Shown: positions 40,540 to 54,639, counted from the stretch's first letter. The stretch: DNA of 64,000 nt from Bugula neritina (GCA_964035545.1 OZ037765.1:32177504-32241503), one strand, 5' to 3'. Notes: a model not told the origin generated them from the sequence alone. Made by a program: numbers and translations.

Positions 40540-41600
40540 GACTAACTCTAAGTCTAAGTCTTAAGTCTGAAGACTAAAGAGTAAAGCGTAAAAGTAAATC
40601 TATTTCTAATGTAGAACTAAATGGGTAACCGTAATGAATAATGTTGAAAGTATGTGTAGCACTAACAGCAACACTAACAGTAACAGTAGGCGTAGCACTA
40701 TATCTAACCAACTCAGCAGAGCATTCAGCTCGAATGATCAATTTTGATTCTCATACTCATAGTCATACTCATAGTCAATGTCATAGTGATAGTCATACTC
40801 AAAGTCAAAGTCAATATGCATATCCCTGTATTGATTTTATCACTATCATAATCATCTGTGCCCTAGGCCTGTGCCTATGGTATCCGTATTGGTTGCAATT
40901 TGAAACATGTAATTTTTCTTATTGTATCTAGTTTTACTAACTCTAAGTTCATTTCTAATGATGTAAAATTACATATAATTAATATTATAATTATATTAAA
41001 TTTAATAATTATTGCATTTCCATTATGATTATCACCATTATGATTATCATACACTATGAGGAGTTTAGGCAGTATGATTATGATTGTAAATGTAAAGATA
41101 TTCATATTGATAATGATATTCATACTGCACTGTACAAAATATTAATAGGTGAAAGTGAAAATCAAATTTAAATTAAACATCAAAAATCAATATGAATATA
41201 AATATTGAATTTGATGACATGATTATGATGTAGTTATATTTATAGCTATACTGATACTCTAGCTTATCACTTATAGACTATAGTTATAGTTAATGTTATA
41301 AGAATTAATATTCAATTGATATTGTATGTATGATAATGTTTGTAACATATACAGTAATATTAATGTCTATATACTATTAAATTTAAGTTAGAAAAGTTAG
41401 AAATTTAAATTATAGCTATAAGTTATAACTTATAAGTAGCTGTATAGTAAGTGATATTATTAATATAGGCTATGTATGCACTTACACTTAGTAGTTAGTC
41501 TTGTAGTATTTGTTATAAATTGGGAGTTATAGGTAGTAACTAATATTAATAGGATTAACTTTATGTTAAAAGTATAGACCACTGTCCTTGCAGTTACTTA
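40540..41600. repeat. Degenerate 3/6-bp periodic low-complexity tract
   Basis: CATACT/CATAGT/CTAAGT/TATAGT/GTAACA-type hexamer runs like those at 3830-5640. Confidence 0.75.
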
Positions 41601-43071
41601 TAAGTTACAATTACTTTCAGGAGTACACCTATAAAGCTCTACCCGCCATGTAACTTTACCTCATAAAATTATAGCACTTTGGTAACATCTAATGGTGAAA
41701 GATTCACGAGTGTTTTTTGCTCTGCTTTTGTTTGGATTTATCATAAGTTGGAAAAAGTCTACTCTATCGTGTAGATAAGTTAAGTTTTAAGTTTTTAATT
41801 GAAATGTAAAGGGATTTAGTAGCACAAAGCTAAGCTGAGTTTGTGTTATGAGGTAGAATGTCTAATGCTTTGACAGAGAGACCTGTTCAAGGTCTGTGAG
41901 GATGCAGAAATAGATGTAGGTTCTCCTATCTTTGCATATCAAGTGTTTATTAACAGATTTGAATTTAATAGTTTGTAGTAAGCAAATGAAAGCGTTTTAT
42001 GACGATCTGTATATGAGGGTGTTCTCATTAAAAAAGTTATTCTGTTATCTTTCCGCCAACTTGCATTGAGTTTTCAAGCTGTAGCTCAGTGAGTGAAAAA
42101 TGAACTGCAAAAGGTGTGTCATTATTTCCAGTGTTTTGCAGCAGACATACCCTTGAATTATATACAACCACTAAGCTATCTGTAGGCAACTTTCTGTTGC
42201 TTTTATGTTCAAAAAAATATTGAGAGCTATCTTTGGGGACAAATAAATCTGTTATAAATATTTTTTATCTACAGGAATATCTTTGATGGAATTTCAAATT
42301 TTATTTGTTATATAGGTGTTTTAATTTAAAATAAGCTTTCTAAAAGAACTGCCTTTGTTTGATTAAATTTTGCTAAAGTGACTTTCCTTAAAAAAATTCA
42401 GTTCTATGAGATAATATTCTTTATTTTAAATATTATTTACACTGCAACTCTATCATATCTAAAAAAAGGAAAATAACTCCCAATAACTATTACACTAGTG
42501 ACTAGCTCATTAATAAAAATTATCTAATTTTATATTTATAGGAATTTAATGAATAAAAGATAATTGTGTTACATAGTTTTTTTTTAAATATTTTCATTAC
42601 CATCATCAATAATTGATAATGTAATTCCTACTATATAATTATTTATGTTATATTCTATACTAATTTATCTACAGTTTTATTTACAACAATTCTAGAACGT
42701 TACACTCAGTTACCAGCCATAATTTGTCAACTTTACTTCTAAGTATTAGGCAATGTATTGTCAGCCAGTTCAATAGATCTAATTATGTCATCCATCAAAA
42801 ACAAACTTTATTACTGGTTAATTTTATTTTTGTTTCAACCTTAAAGACTATTGCATATGTAGAAAATAGATTTAGCCGAAGATTTAAAAATTCAAATCCC
42901 ATTATTTCTCAAATGTCATGTTTCTCAAAGCAAAATTGAACCTTGCTTTTGTATAATAACACGTTATTTCTATCTTCTATCACCTCATCTCTTACAATAT
43001 ATTCCTTTTATTTTCAGACTGACTCACTCAGCTGATCTGAATACAAAACAAGCAACAAATTTGATAATTTG

Positions 43072-46000
43072 ATGTTTTATCACTTTCTGCTCTTTCTGCT
43101 ATGTAACTCAGGTGAATGTACTTTATGTGATATCTTGATGTAGTAATTTAATAAATATTTTATAATTATTTAATAAATATTTTATAATTATTTGTTAATA
43201 GTTATCGTAATTACTTGATGCAAGTGTTGTTACAAACTGTGCATAAAGATAAATAAGTTAATTTTGCTGCAGGTGTTGGTTGGTTGCTGCTATTGCAAAT
43301 GCCAAGTTTTTACTGGCCCAACAATTATTAGAATGAAGCCCCAGTACACATTTTGGATTTATCTTCTCGTTCAGAAACTTTCTGCAAATTAGTTGTCTAG
43401 TATACAACTTTAATGTACAGTTAGTTCTTAACCCAATTTCCATGAAATATTTCGATTTAGCCTGCTTTCCATGTAATTATGTCCATGTTGTCAGTTCCAG
43501 GAACTAGCTCTGAGCTGAGATACCCTCCAGTAGAAAAACCCCCCAACTCGGTTGTACCTGATAGATTCTACCAGTCATCTGTAGACATCAATTTGAAGAG
43601 TATAGATATCATTGCTCAGCCACACCTCCACAATGACCTTGACATGCTGGTTATTGTGCGAAGTTCGCCAGAACATTTCCAGCGAAGAGACGCCATTCGT
43701 ATGACATGGGGTGGGTCAAATCTGCACATATTTATTCTATTTCTACTTCTACCAAGTCTCATGATGGGGAATTCTTCAGATTTTTCATGAGTAAAACTTT
43801 GTTAGAGGTTTGCTATGGGAATGCCCCAATAAATGAGCGGACAACTCATAAAAATAGTGTGTGAATTACTTATCATGCCCTTTCCAGTGCCTTTTGATAA
43901 TACTTGATGAAATATTGAGCAGCCCCAATTTCTTGAGAACCAAGGCTAACAAGGACTACAGCTCAGGCTATTGCAAAAGATGAATTGTGGGAATGTCAGC
44001 CATATTGAAAAATTTTTCTTATATTTCATAACAGAATAATCTGAACACCTTTCAATTAGCTAAAGGCACAAATAAGCACAACTAAGCCACTGTGTTAAGG
44101 CCTCTTTCTATAATAATAATAATTCCTATTTTTGTGCCGGTTGCGCTTCTGGCATTCAGCCAGGGATGTGAACAGATAAGCTGGTAACAAATGGCTAATT
44201 ATAGGCAACGTGAGTGAGTACAGACAGACTGGAAGAGGGTATAGCATCGCTATTGTCTACCTTGTTGGCAAGTCACCTGACGAGTCTATAAATAAGCTGC
44301 TGCTTTCAGAGTCTAATCAACACGCTGACTTGCTCCACGCTGACTACCTGGTAGGTGTTTATAGATCTGTTTATATTAGAAAGTGTCATGACTGGTCTGG
44401 TATAGTTCCTAGGGAGTCATGACAGTCTACAGTGTTTAATTAGGTATAATTCTAAGGGATTCGTGACATTCTACAGTGTCTAACAAAGCTCTGGGCACTG
44501 AACTGAAACTATAAGGGTTATATTGCAATGGCTCTGGGCGCATACAGTTGTTGAACTTACTTGGATTTGTCTTCTCCATTATAAACAATCATAAATTGAG
44601 CACAACTCTCATATACATAGATTAAAGTAGTACCGTCTTTATTACACAATAACATTGTAATATGAATCTTTCTACTTTTATTCTCATTAATAGAGAAATG
44701 TGATTCTATTTATAAATGAGGCTTGCTGACGGGATTGCTGCCAATATCTCAGTAAGATTTGATTGGCTAATCAGCATAAGTTACTATAGATGTGTATAAA
44801 CTGCTACCATGTACTTACCAGGTTAAAATAATAACAGCTGTTGGGTGAAATACGATGTGTTGTAATTTCAAGTGTTGAACATTCTTGTTTTGTTCTATAA
44901 ACTAAACACTGCTATAATGCATATTCTGTGTAATTTGACTGTCGGTTATCTTTTGGACTGCTTTTAATACAATTAGCTGTCTACATGTTTGCCTGTCCAG
45001 TATACCATTGTTTGGAGATCGTAACTCCAGTTGTCAGAAGTTTATCATCCAAGTCACACATTCAGTATCTGTATAATACTCAGCTGAGCTGAAGTCACAG
45101 CTTTAGATGGACTCAGTGCATAATTACATAATGCAAGACACATTGAAAGAGGTAGTAGTTTGGAATCTCTTGGAAGTTTTCATTCTGATCAGTTCAATTT
45201 ATTTACCGTCTGCACACATTTTATAAATCAAATCCCTGAAAGCAAATAAAAAGTAACAACATTTTTCCAGTACTCAGTGCTACCCCCAAACTACGCTCTA
45301 CAATCTGTAGGTTCTCACACTAACTATTCAGTGTAGCAAAAACGTTGGCATCAACATGTGTAGCAATAGAGAAGCTTCAACATTCTAAGTCTATGTTATG
45401 TTTATTTTGGGGTTCTTGCTAGAAAATAACTTATTTTTGCTACATTTCTCATTTTGAACACAGACTTTTCTCTATTTCCCCCTCACTGCACCTCCCTCAA
45501 AACATTACTAAATCAAATCTGGGCAACTGTTTGATTCTCTTGGCCACTTTGAAGAAAGCAAATTCCTTGAAGGGCACTCAGTTTACAGTTTTTGATGTAT
45601 TCAAAAGGAACCACAAGCATTACTTGTATGCAGATCTAATAGATGTGTTATCATTGTGAATCAGTGAGTTTAAAACTACTCTGGATATGTTGTTGTTGGC
45701 TACAAGAAGAAAACAAGATGTCACTTTGAATCATTTCAACTCCAAATCTCAAAGTAGTATAGACTGTAGAGTCACAGAGTGAGCCTCTATCCACTACACT
45801 ACCAGTTCAACTCTGTATAACACTCTGCATGCTAGGAATACAGGCTATTGTTAACATTGCACTATAGTTTCAGTTTAGTGATTGTCAGTGTATAATGGTA
45901 GCAGGAGTCTATTTTACACTGGCAATGGAGATATGGGCACATGCTGGGCCCATAGGTCACGCAACCCTGTGCTAAATGTAATGGCTATTTTAAATTTTAA

Positions 46001-49000
46001 GTTATATAACCCAGTGTGTAAAATATGCACAGAGATGTTAATTAATGGAGGAATGAAGATTTTTGGCATAGCTAGGATTTTGACGCATCTTGATTAGGGA
46101 TGCTTTACTTAATTTCGTGAGTAGGTAATTCCTGAAACTCTCTCTAGAACTTACTCTATGCAACAAGTAGATAACCTATGTTGTTATCCTTAAGATTTAA
46201 AACAAATATTTTAAACCTAAATCAAAATAGAAGCACTATAATTAAAATTCCCTCAACTGATTAGATGACTTGATTTTATTTGAATAAGTTAAGTTTCATT
46301 TGACTTAGAGTTGTGCAAGACTTGAGCTGCTATTGTTTTGAAGAGACTCTAGACATGTTTACAACTGTGTCGCATTGTTAAGTTGACGCTATTGTTATTG
46401 CATATTCTAAACTTTCTGTTTACAAGCAGCTATAATTTATGCTCAAATGAAAAAGTGATTTATCCTCGTAGCTCACATCCTCCGCGTGTCATGTGACTAG
46501 CTGGTGATGCAATATACCCTGTACATCATCTGGTACATCTCTCTCCGTTATGCTAATTCACTAGTAGATGTTAGATTTTCCTGCAACGCTTTATGCAACA
46601 TTTTTTCAGCATTTCTTGGAATATTTTGATTAGTCTAAATTTTCTAAATTTCCTACTAAGGTTTGATTTGGAGTAAGAATTAAAATAACATAACTTCTTT
46701 TGCTACATTTGTTATCTAGAAAACTGGCTCTCTCCAACTTTCTCCGTTACTAGTAGTATAAGGGGGAGATCTGAGACCTCGTTTTGAGGGGTTTTTTGAG
46801 GAGGTTGTGAGGGGTTAGGTTATTAAAACTTTTGAAGCATTACATTTTAATCCAATAAACCATTAAAATCAATTAATCCAGTAGATATTACCTAGTAAGC
46901 TGTAGATTAATGACTAGTTTAAAATAGTTTCTAGAGTCAATGACCTCGAGCGATATTATAGAGGTGTCTGGAGGTGAGGTAAGAACCGAGTAAACTTGCC
47001 CGAAGTGCCTGTAATGTATTTGTTAATAATTTTTTGCAGTATTTATAGATTACTGATATCCAAATCCAACTACTTCGAAGACTATGCATTGCTAACCCAT
47101 CTTCCCTATGACAGATGGATACGATCCCGCGGTATAAATTCAGAAAGCTTGAAAAGAATTAGTGAATCGTATTTTTACTTTGAACTACCTCAAAATGTAT
47201 TTTAATATTATAAAATATATATAGACTTTTTGTATTATAACTCAAAAACTAGAAAAAACAAGTTTTAATGCACAAAAAGTTAGTTATATAGCTCCCTGTT
47301 TTTGCGGTCTTAAAACGCTTAAGCAGGTGCTAAAGTTGGAGAGATTATTACTAAGATTTTATTTTACAAATAACTTTTTGAGCATTAAAACTTGTTTTTC
47401 TAGTTTCCGAGTTATAATACAAAAAGTCTATGTAAATTAAATAAATTGATAAGACGTTTTGCGTCAAACAAAATATGGTCATCCTGCTGTTAAAAAATAA
47501 TGCGCTTAACTTGTTTAATCTTTAAACGCATTCTTTGATGGCTACATTAAACTTCGTTTGTAAATAATGCGAGCTGTAAGCGAATGGTTCAAACAGTTTA
47601 CATATTCATCTGTCATAGGGGAGATGGGTTAGCAATGCATAGTCTTCGAAGTAGTTGGATTTGGATATCAGTAATCTATAAATACTGCAAAAAATTATTA
47701 ACAAATACATTACAGGCACTTCGGGCAAGTTTACTCGGTTCTTACCTCACCCCCAGACACCTCCATAATATCGCTCGAGGTCGTTGACTCTAGAAACTAT
47801 TTTTAACTAGTCATTAATCTACAGCTTACTAGGTAATATCTACTGGATTAATTAATTTTGATAGTTTATCGGATTAAAATGTAACGCTTCAAGAGTTTTA
47901 ATCACTTACCCCCTCACAACCTCCTCAAAAAACCCCTCAAAACGAGGTCTCAGATATCCCCCATGTACTACTGTTACTGAACCTACCTTAATATATATAT
48001 ATATATATATACAACTTACATATAGCTTATATATAGCTTCCATGCAATGTCGGTTTAGGATTAAGAAATTTGGTGTTTTCTTTAACTTCGGTTGTTATAC
48101 TTTAATTATTGCGCTTACTATATCAACTCTTAGCTAAAGTTTTGAAATAAAAGCTGAAAAAAGTCTTTTAGAGTTGTAAATTGGTCTTTCAAAAATTTTG
48201 GTGGGGGGGGGGTGCAAGACTACATTTTTTTATATATTCAGCTTAGAAACATTTTCAACTGAAAGTGAATATAAACTCAATAAAACATTATGAACTCAAG
48301 CTAAGTGATTATTTAACAAGCAAAATTATTTTCTGAATTTCAATTTTTAACTTTTGATTACCCGCAACTTCATGTTTACCTTCATTAATGTACATTTTCA
48401 GTTTCAGTAAAATGTATTGAATAGTTAGTAAAAATAAAGTACTTTTTCAAAAGCAACAATTTATTTTGATCATAAAATTGCTATATGATTTCAGCTTTGT
48501 TTTTCTAGGAGTCTTACAGTAATTTGACAGTGAAGGACATATTGGCATTCCAGTACAGCGTAGAAATGGCATCAAAGGTCATGTATTTGGCTATAGCTGG
48601 AGACGAGATAGTCACAGACCTATCGGGTAGGTCACTCGACATTTTTATCACTTGATGTAATCAGACACTAGTTTGATGATTAGTATTATTTATTGCCTCC
48701 CCTTGAAATGCAATCCTCCAGTCATAAGCTGTGTTGAAATATTGTTTTTACAGATAAGAGTGAAATGTTGTTGAAAACAATGATATGAACAAAATTTTGC
48801 AACCACTCAAAGATTGTGTACTACACTTGAGAAAAATTTGGCATCGAAAAGTTCCTTGTATTTTGTGTTTAACTGCAGCAATAAAACTTGTAACTGTTTA
48901 AATATTTAACGAATCATGTTAACTATCTCCTAATAATAGGCAAGAGCTACGAAATTTATATTTATAAAGAAATGAACGCCTTTTCAGCCATGTTTATAAG

Positions 49001-52000
49001 GGAAAACAACTCCTTTTATTCTCAGTTCAAATCTCTCTAAAACCTGTCACTTTTTGGTCACTCCCTTATTTCTAAAGTTAAATACATAATTGTTTTGTTG
49101 CCTGTTTTCATAACAATATATTAAACAAAAAAGAATATTTTGTAAATATGTAGCTCTATAAATTCAATATAGAGCCGTATTAGTTTGTACCAGTATTAAT
49201 TTACTAGTCTATTCTCTGCTAACTTCTCCTGGTATGTAAGTTGGCTCAGTGTTTAGACATCAAGGCTGTGTTTGCAAGTACTTGCTACTGCATGTCACCG
49301 TGAACAGCGACACTTGATACCAAGTGCTTTTAATCAGATGAACTCCGTAATTTTGCTGGTGACATTCCAATAGTGCTGTTACACAATTAACAGCCAGAAA
49401 AATTCCCTTAAATTCTATTTTTTGTTGATTTGAAAAATTCAGTATTGGTGTTAAATGAAAACAGGCCACACCAAGTGTAGACCTTTTAGCAGTGGGTTCA
49501 TTCCTAATTTTAATCAAAGTTTTAAATTTCAATCAATTACGTATAATTATATGCAGGTAGGCATTGGTTGTCAAATCTGTTAATTGTCTCGTGTATTTTG
49601 AATTTATTTGTTTCATTTTATTTCATTTCCAGCTCTAAATTTCACAAAAATTACCATATTTTGGTGATTTATTCGCAGTCGTATAATTACCATGGGTATT
49701 TGTTTTCTATAAGCTTCTATTAAACTAATAAGATGCATACTGCTTGGCATTTTACCCCTCAAGTGCCTCTACAGTTGCCATATGATTATAAAATGTGTAC
49801 CTTTTATAAGCTATAATTATGAATATAATTATAATATTTAGATACAGTCTAGTACGTACAGCCTAGGTGCTGGTGACTTCTTTAGTTAGTAACTAAGTTT
49901 TAAAGCTTCCAACATTCTATTGAGAAACTGTAATGGAGAGGGGACTATAAAAAGCACTCTCTTTGTCAGTTGAATTTATTTACTTGTTTTGGACTATAAA
50001 AATCACTGTTGAGATTTTCTAGAATTTTCTCAAGAAACGGAGCCAGTTTAGATGTCACCATAACTTTTTACCTGAAAATAATGAAACTTTACTTTTTTTA
50101 GGCGAAGAAAAACTCTTGACTATTACATAACAAGTGCATGCAAAACTTTGAGCTATATGTCACAAATTTCCACAACATGTTATACAAACAACATTTTAGA
50201 CCCCCTGCAGTTCATTTATCTGATTTGCAATGAAAGATTACTGAAAAAATTTTTTCACCCCTTGATTAATATTAGATTAGAAAGCTGGCCTTAGTTTTGC
50301 TTGTAACCAGTGTGGGTGGGAGGGATATACAGCCACCCAGCTTCCACATATAGTTCTCAGGCTAAGCTTTCTGATGAAGCTAAGCTGTAGACCTACTTGA
50401 CTGGTTATAGACTTCAATAATGAAGTTAAGTTAACGGAGGGGATGACTACAATAATGTATTAACACTAATAACCAGGTGCATAGTTCTTAGCTTCTAGAA
50501 TCTGCAGACTGTTTAATAGCCTCTCTCTAGACCCACCTGGGAGCAGATTTTATTATGGAAACCTTAGAAGTAGGTTATTATGACGGCAGTATCTCTATAG
50601 CATGATAAGGTACTTTGGTCTTATAGCTAAAATTTGCACAAGTAGAATTGCCTATCTCAAATATTGTTGGATAAAATGTATATATTGACATGGTCACTTT
50701 GAGTAAATTTATGCAAATTGCGATATGGTAAGCCAATATTGTGTAATGCGTTGCTTCCTCGTTCTAATAGAGATTAGCGAGCTGATTGCAATAGGATCAG
50801 CTGTCCAATATGGAGGTTATTAGCAATTCGTCACACGCCCAACAAAGCTATGTCAGTGTTGGCTGGTTTTCAATTACAAAAATATGGCTTCATAAAGTCT
50901 TTTTCTTAAGAATTAAATGCAAAACAAAACTTAAGCTCAGCCCTATTCACTCCCTTTGATATCTTGTAGCTGACGCTAGCTGAGTGCAGTTATAAAGGGG
51001 TATTTGTTTGGCTTGCTCCTCAGAGCCCGCAGTGCGTTAAAACAGAACCATATCAGAAATAGACCCCCTGATTTTTCATCACGTAAGCTTGACTCATGTA
51101 AAGTGCTCTAAGTGCTTTTGAGTGCTATTAGAGGGGATTGAATTATCATCCATTGTTCAAGTTATTCTCTAATCCCTGCCACTTTTCTCAGTTGTATCTA
51201 ATTATGTTCTTCTATAAAGTAAACCTTCCATCCCTTTTTTTACCAGTTTACCGAACATTAAGCCTTTATTTGAGCCTCCATAGTGTACAGCGTTAAAGCT
51301 GCAGCAGAAGTGGCAGCTATTCTAACAAATTTCCATCTCACTTTATTCCCAGTTTATTGTTTCAGGAGTTTTGGACCTATTGACCTCTAGGACTGCCATG
51401 ATGACTAAAAGTGCTGACATCAGGAGGGAAGTTGTGTTTTGCTATGAGTTCCCATGTTGTACTGATGTCATCAGAGACGGGTCTTCCAAGTGAGTAGCAG
51501 ACAACTCCCAATTTGTTTTCAAATTTATTGCGTAACTATATATTTATTTTGTAACTGATATAATTATACCATTATGTTGTAATTTAATATTCTCTGGGCT
51601 AGATATATAGTATTAATATATTTGTTTTTGTATATTTTGTTTATTTGAAAACATAGCCTTATTTCAGGTACCTGGTACAGAATGGTGAGTACGAGGGGTC
51701 CCAGTTTCCTCCCTACTGCTCTGGAACTTTCTACGTCCTTCCAATGAACTTAGCTCCTCAGGTGTACCACATGATGCTGGATACGCCATACTTCATGCCA
51801 GACGACGCTTGGCTAGGCATCGTCTTCGAAAAACTAAGTATTTCACTCCGAGACACTCACCGGCACTACGCTGGCATCACTTCCTCTCGCAAGGAGCTGA
51901 GGCTATTGCAGCACGCCCAATCAGGACAGCTTTTTCATAAGCAGGTGGTAGTAGTCATTCTGGACTATGCATACGAGACAGATGATATTCACTCCAAGAT

Positions 52001-52178
52001 TATTCAGCTTTGGTTTGCCATGAAATCTCAACAAGGAAGACAGAAGTTGAACTCAGAGTTACATATGTTGCCACAATTCTTAGTAGTTGTTGTAATGTTT
52101 GTTGTAGTTTTGGGTTTTTGTTTTAGAAGGCTCTCCCAACCTATGTACAGATACTTTTTAAGATTTATGGCTTCTTAG
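43072..52178 (+). CDS. GT31 beta-1,3-galactosyltransferase/GlcNAc-transferase-like protein with C-terminal hydrophobic anchor
   Basis: Exons 43072-43111 (MFYHFLLFLLCNS), 43495 or 43501-43710, 44205-44350, 48509-48626, 51366-51489, 51668-52178 (TAG), all phase-compatible. GT31 motifs VIVRSSPEHFQRRDAIRMTWG, YLVG, ESNQHADLLHADYLESYSNLTVK, VIRDGSSKY, FPPYCSGTFY, DDAWLG. Confidence 0.88.
46752..47972. mobile_element. Non-autonomous Polinton/Maverick-like element (1221 bp) in a GT31 intron
   Basis: 6-bp TSD GTTACT (46746-46751 and 47973-47978); termini AGTAGTA...TACTACT; ~370-bp TIRs (46752-47121 / 47603-47972); no recognisable coding capacity. Confidence 0.8.
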
Positions 52179-54639
52179 GTTAGAATTATTGTTGATTGTT
52201 TTGAAATGAAAATACTTATTTATAATGTATATTAGTTGACATGTTATGCTCTGTTTTAGTGCTATTATATAACTGCATGCTTGGAAAGACTTCTTGAAAT
52301 TGTGTACTAAGATTTTAACCAATCAAAAGGTGTCGATTTTTGTTTCTAATAATTCATTTTAGAAAAAAAAATTGCTGCAAAGTGACCAAATGTTGGTATA
52401 GTTACCCAACACACATGTGCACCAATAAGCACATAGTTTGAGGTCTACCTACTAAAGCGTGGTTACTGAACTTAGCTAGGTGTTGGTGAATTGAAACAGC
52501 TGCCATTATACTAGACCTGTTGTATGCTAATGATTATCTTACTTAACAAACTTTGGCAAGTCCAATTCGAATAATTGATTAGAAGTCAGTTGGAAACAAT
52601 TCAAGAATTTTACTCTTTCCTAAAACATTCCAGCATATTCTTTGAATATCATAACTGAAATCTGTGCAGAGATTGAGGATTTTATACATAATTTAGTATG
52701 TTTTTATACTTTTTACCTAGCAATACTAGCTATAGCTATTTTTTGATATTAATTGTAATCTCTAATCTAATTGGCTTCTATCTTACCGTACTCTCTAACT
52801 GAAATACATTAAATATTAATCAACAACTGGTAGCTTTTTATCTAGTCTGTTATTGTACATATATTATGTAATTTTTTTAATCAATTGATTTTCAATGCAA
52901 TGTCCTCTGATCAAATAAACTATTACTTTTTTGTTCAGCAGAGTTTATACTTTGTTTTGACTATATGTGTCAAAAGAGTACCTGCTATCACAGGCACCTG
53001 CTGTCATAATGGTACATGTTCCATATGTTACCTCATGTCAGTTTACCAAAATACCTTACTATTCGGTCAACAGTTCTTGCTTTGTTACTTAGACAACTTA
53101 AAAGTTACAGTTTTCAGAGTAGTTGTTGCTATCAAAAGTTGACGTTGCAGCAACTTATTGGACAACCTCCTGTTAATGATATTGCCTGACACAATCTATA
53201 AGTATTTTGTTATTCAAAAGTGTAGGTCTTGCTAGGCTCACAAGGCTAATAATTATTTTAGCTGTTGCACTTTTAACACACATGTATTGTATTATTGATC
53301 TAAAAAAGATATTGATTCCATTTCAATGAATCTCCTGGCTGGCACACACAGGCCTATTATTGTCATGAGCTTTTAAATCTAGGGGCCCTCTAGGTTAAAA
53401 GTTCAACTCATCATTGAAATAGTGGAAACAGCCAATGTCTGACAAGTTTAGGCTTTGAACCCTTCTTTTCAAGGGTCAAGTACTTTAGCCATATTTAGTG
53501 AAGGAAATATAATTTCAAACGCATTTATTATGATTAGCTTAATGGAAAAATGGGCATAACATTTTGTTTTTATAATCTTATAGAACTCTAACTATATATT
53601 GTGCTGAATAACAATGTTGGCATTAGTTTGAGGTGACTGCTGATTTTGAAGCCACAAAACAATGGCTTCTAAAACAGAAGAATTACAAATAACTACATTA
53701 CTATTACCTGACCTATGCCCATTTTCTGATGCATTTTGTCTAATTTTTTGAACCAAATGCTCAACAAACAAAAATATACTTATTAATTGTAATCAAATTT
53801 GGAAATATGTCATACTTAATGTACTTCCGCTATCTTCTGGCTGAACCCCTAAAAATACCCCCATTACAATAATTTATTGCATTCAACAACCCATAATAGC
53901 TATAATGAAAAACATAGCGTTTTGTGAAATGCTAAAAGCCAAAGACGCAACTCATTACAGCCATTACCATGATCTACTCAAATAAGCTTTGTCATTGAGC
54001 AATTTCCGAAACACGTTCTCAGATCAACTCTAATATTTTTACTATTTATTTCGTAATGTAAGATTACTACCAGCATTTTCAATAGAATGTTGATGTTACT
54101 GGCTATAAGTGGCGTCAATATATAATCTGTAGTTATTTTGTTTGCAAAAACTTCAACAATAATGGAATTCATGTTTTGATGGGTATACGCCACAAAAGTG
54201 ACTCTATTTTCAAGTTCCATTGTAGCTTGTAAGTTGAATTTAATTAATAAATAATCTTAAATGTGTTCTTCTAGTTTACTAGTAAAAATGTGGCATACTG
54301 TAGCCCTCTCTGATATCTACTTTGTAAGACTGAGCTATAGTGGTAGATTGGGTGGGGATCACAGTATTTTAGATGCTAAAATTAGTGTTGTTTTTATCGG
54401 ATGCTCCAGTGATTTCTTCAAACCTTGATGGATGCCGATTATTGCAGTGTTGATATATAAGATTGAGATTGTGTAGATTATATAATAACTTTTGAAGGAT
54501 ATCTAGATAGCACATATAATATATTGTAATATTATATTACAATATCATACCATAATATAACACTGCAGTATCATATTAAACAATATCATATCATAAAATA
54601 TGCTATTGTGTTTAAATATAAACCACTGCTAGCATTACC

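Noticed and set aside
44930-45650. Possible LINE reverse-transcriptase relic (AFNTI-like and LYAD-like words)
   Set aside because: Isolated short words with no continuous frame; cannot be distinguished from chance by eye.
18037-52178. Glycosphingolipid gene cluster (GBA1 plus GT31)
   Set aside because: Only two genes, separated by L3MBTL, and the GT31 substrate is unknown; proximity alone is not evidence.
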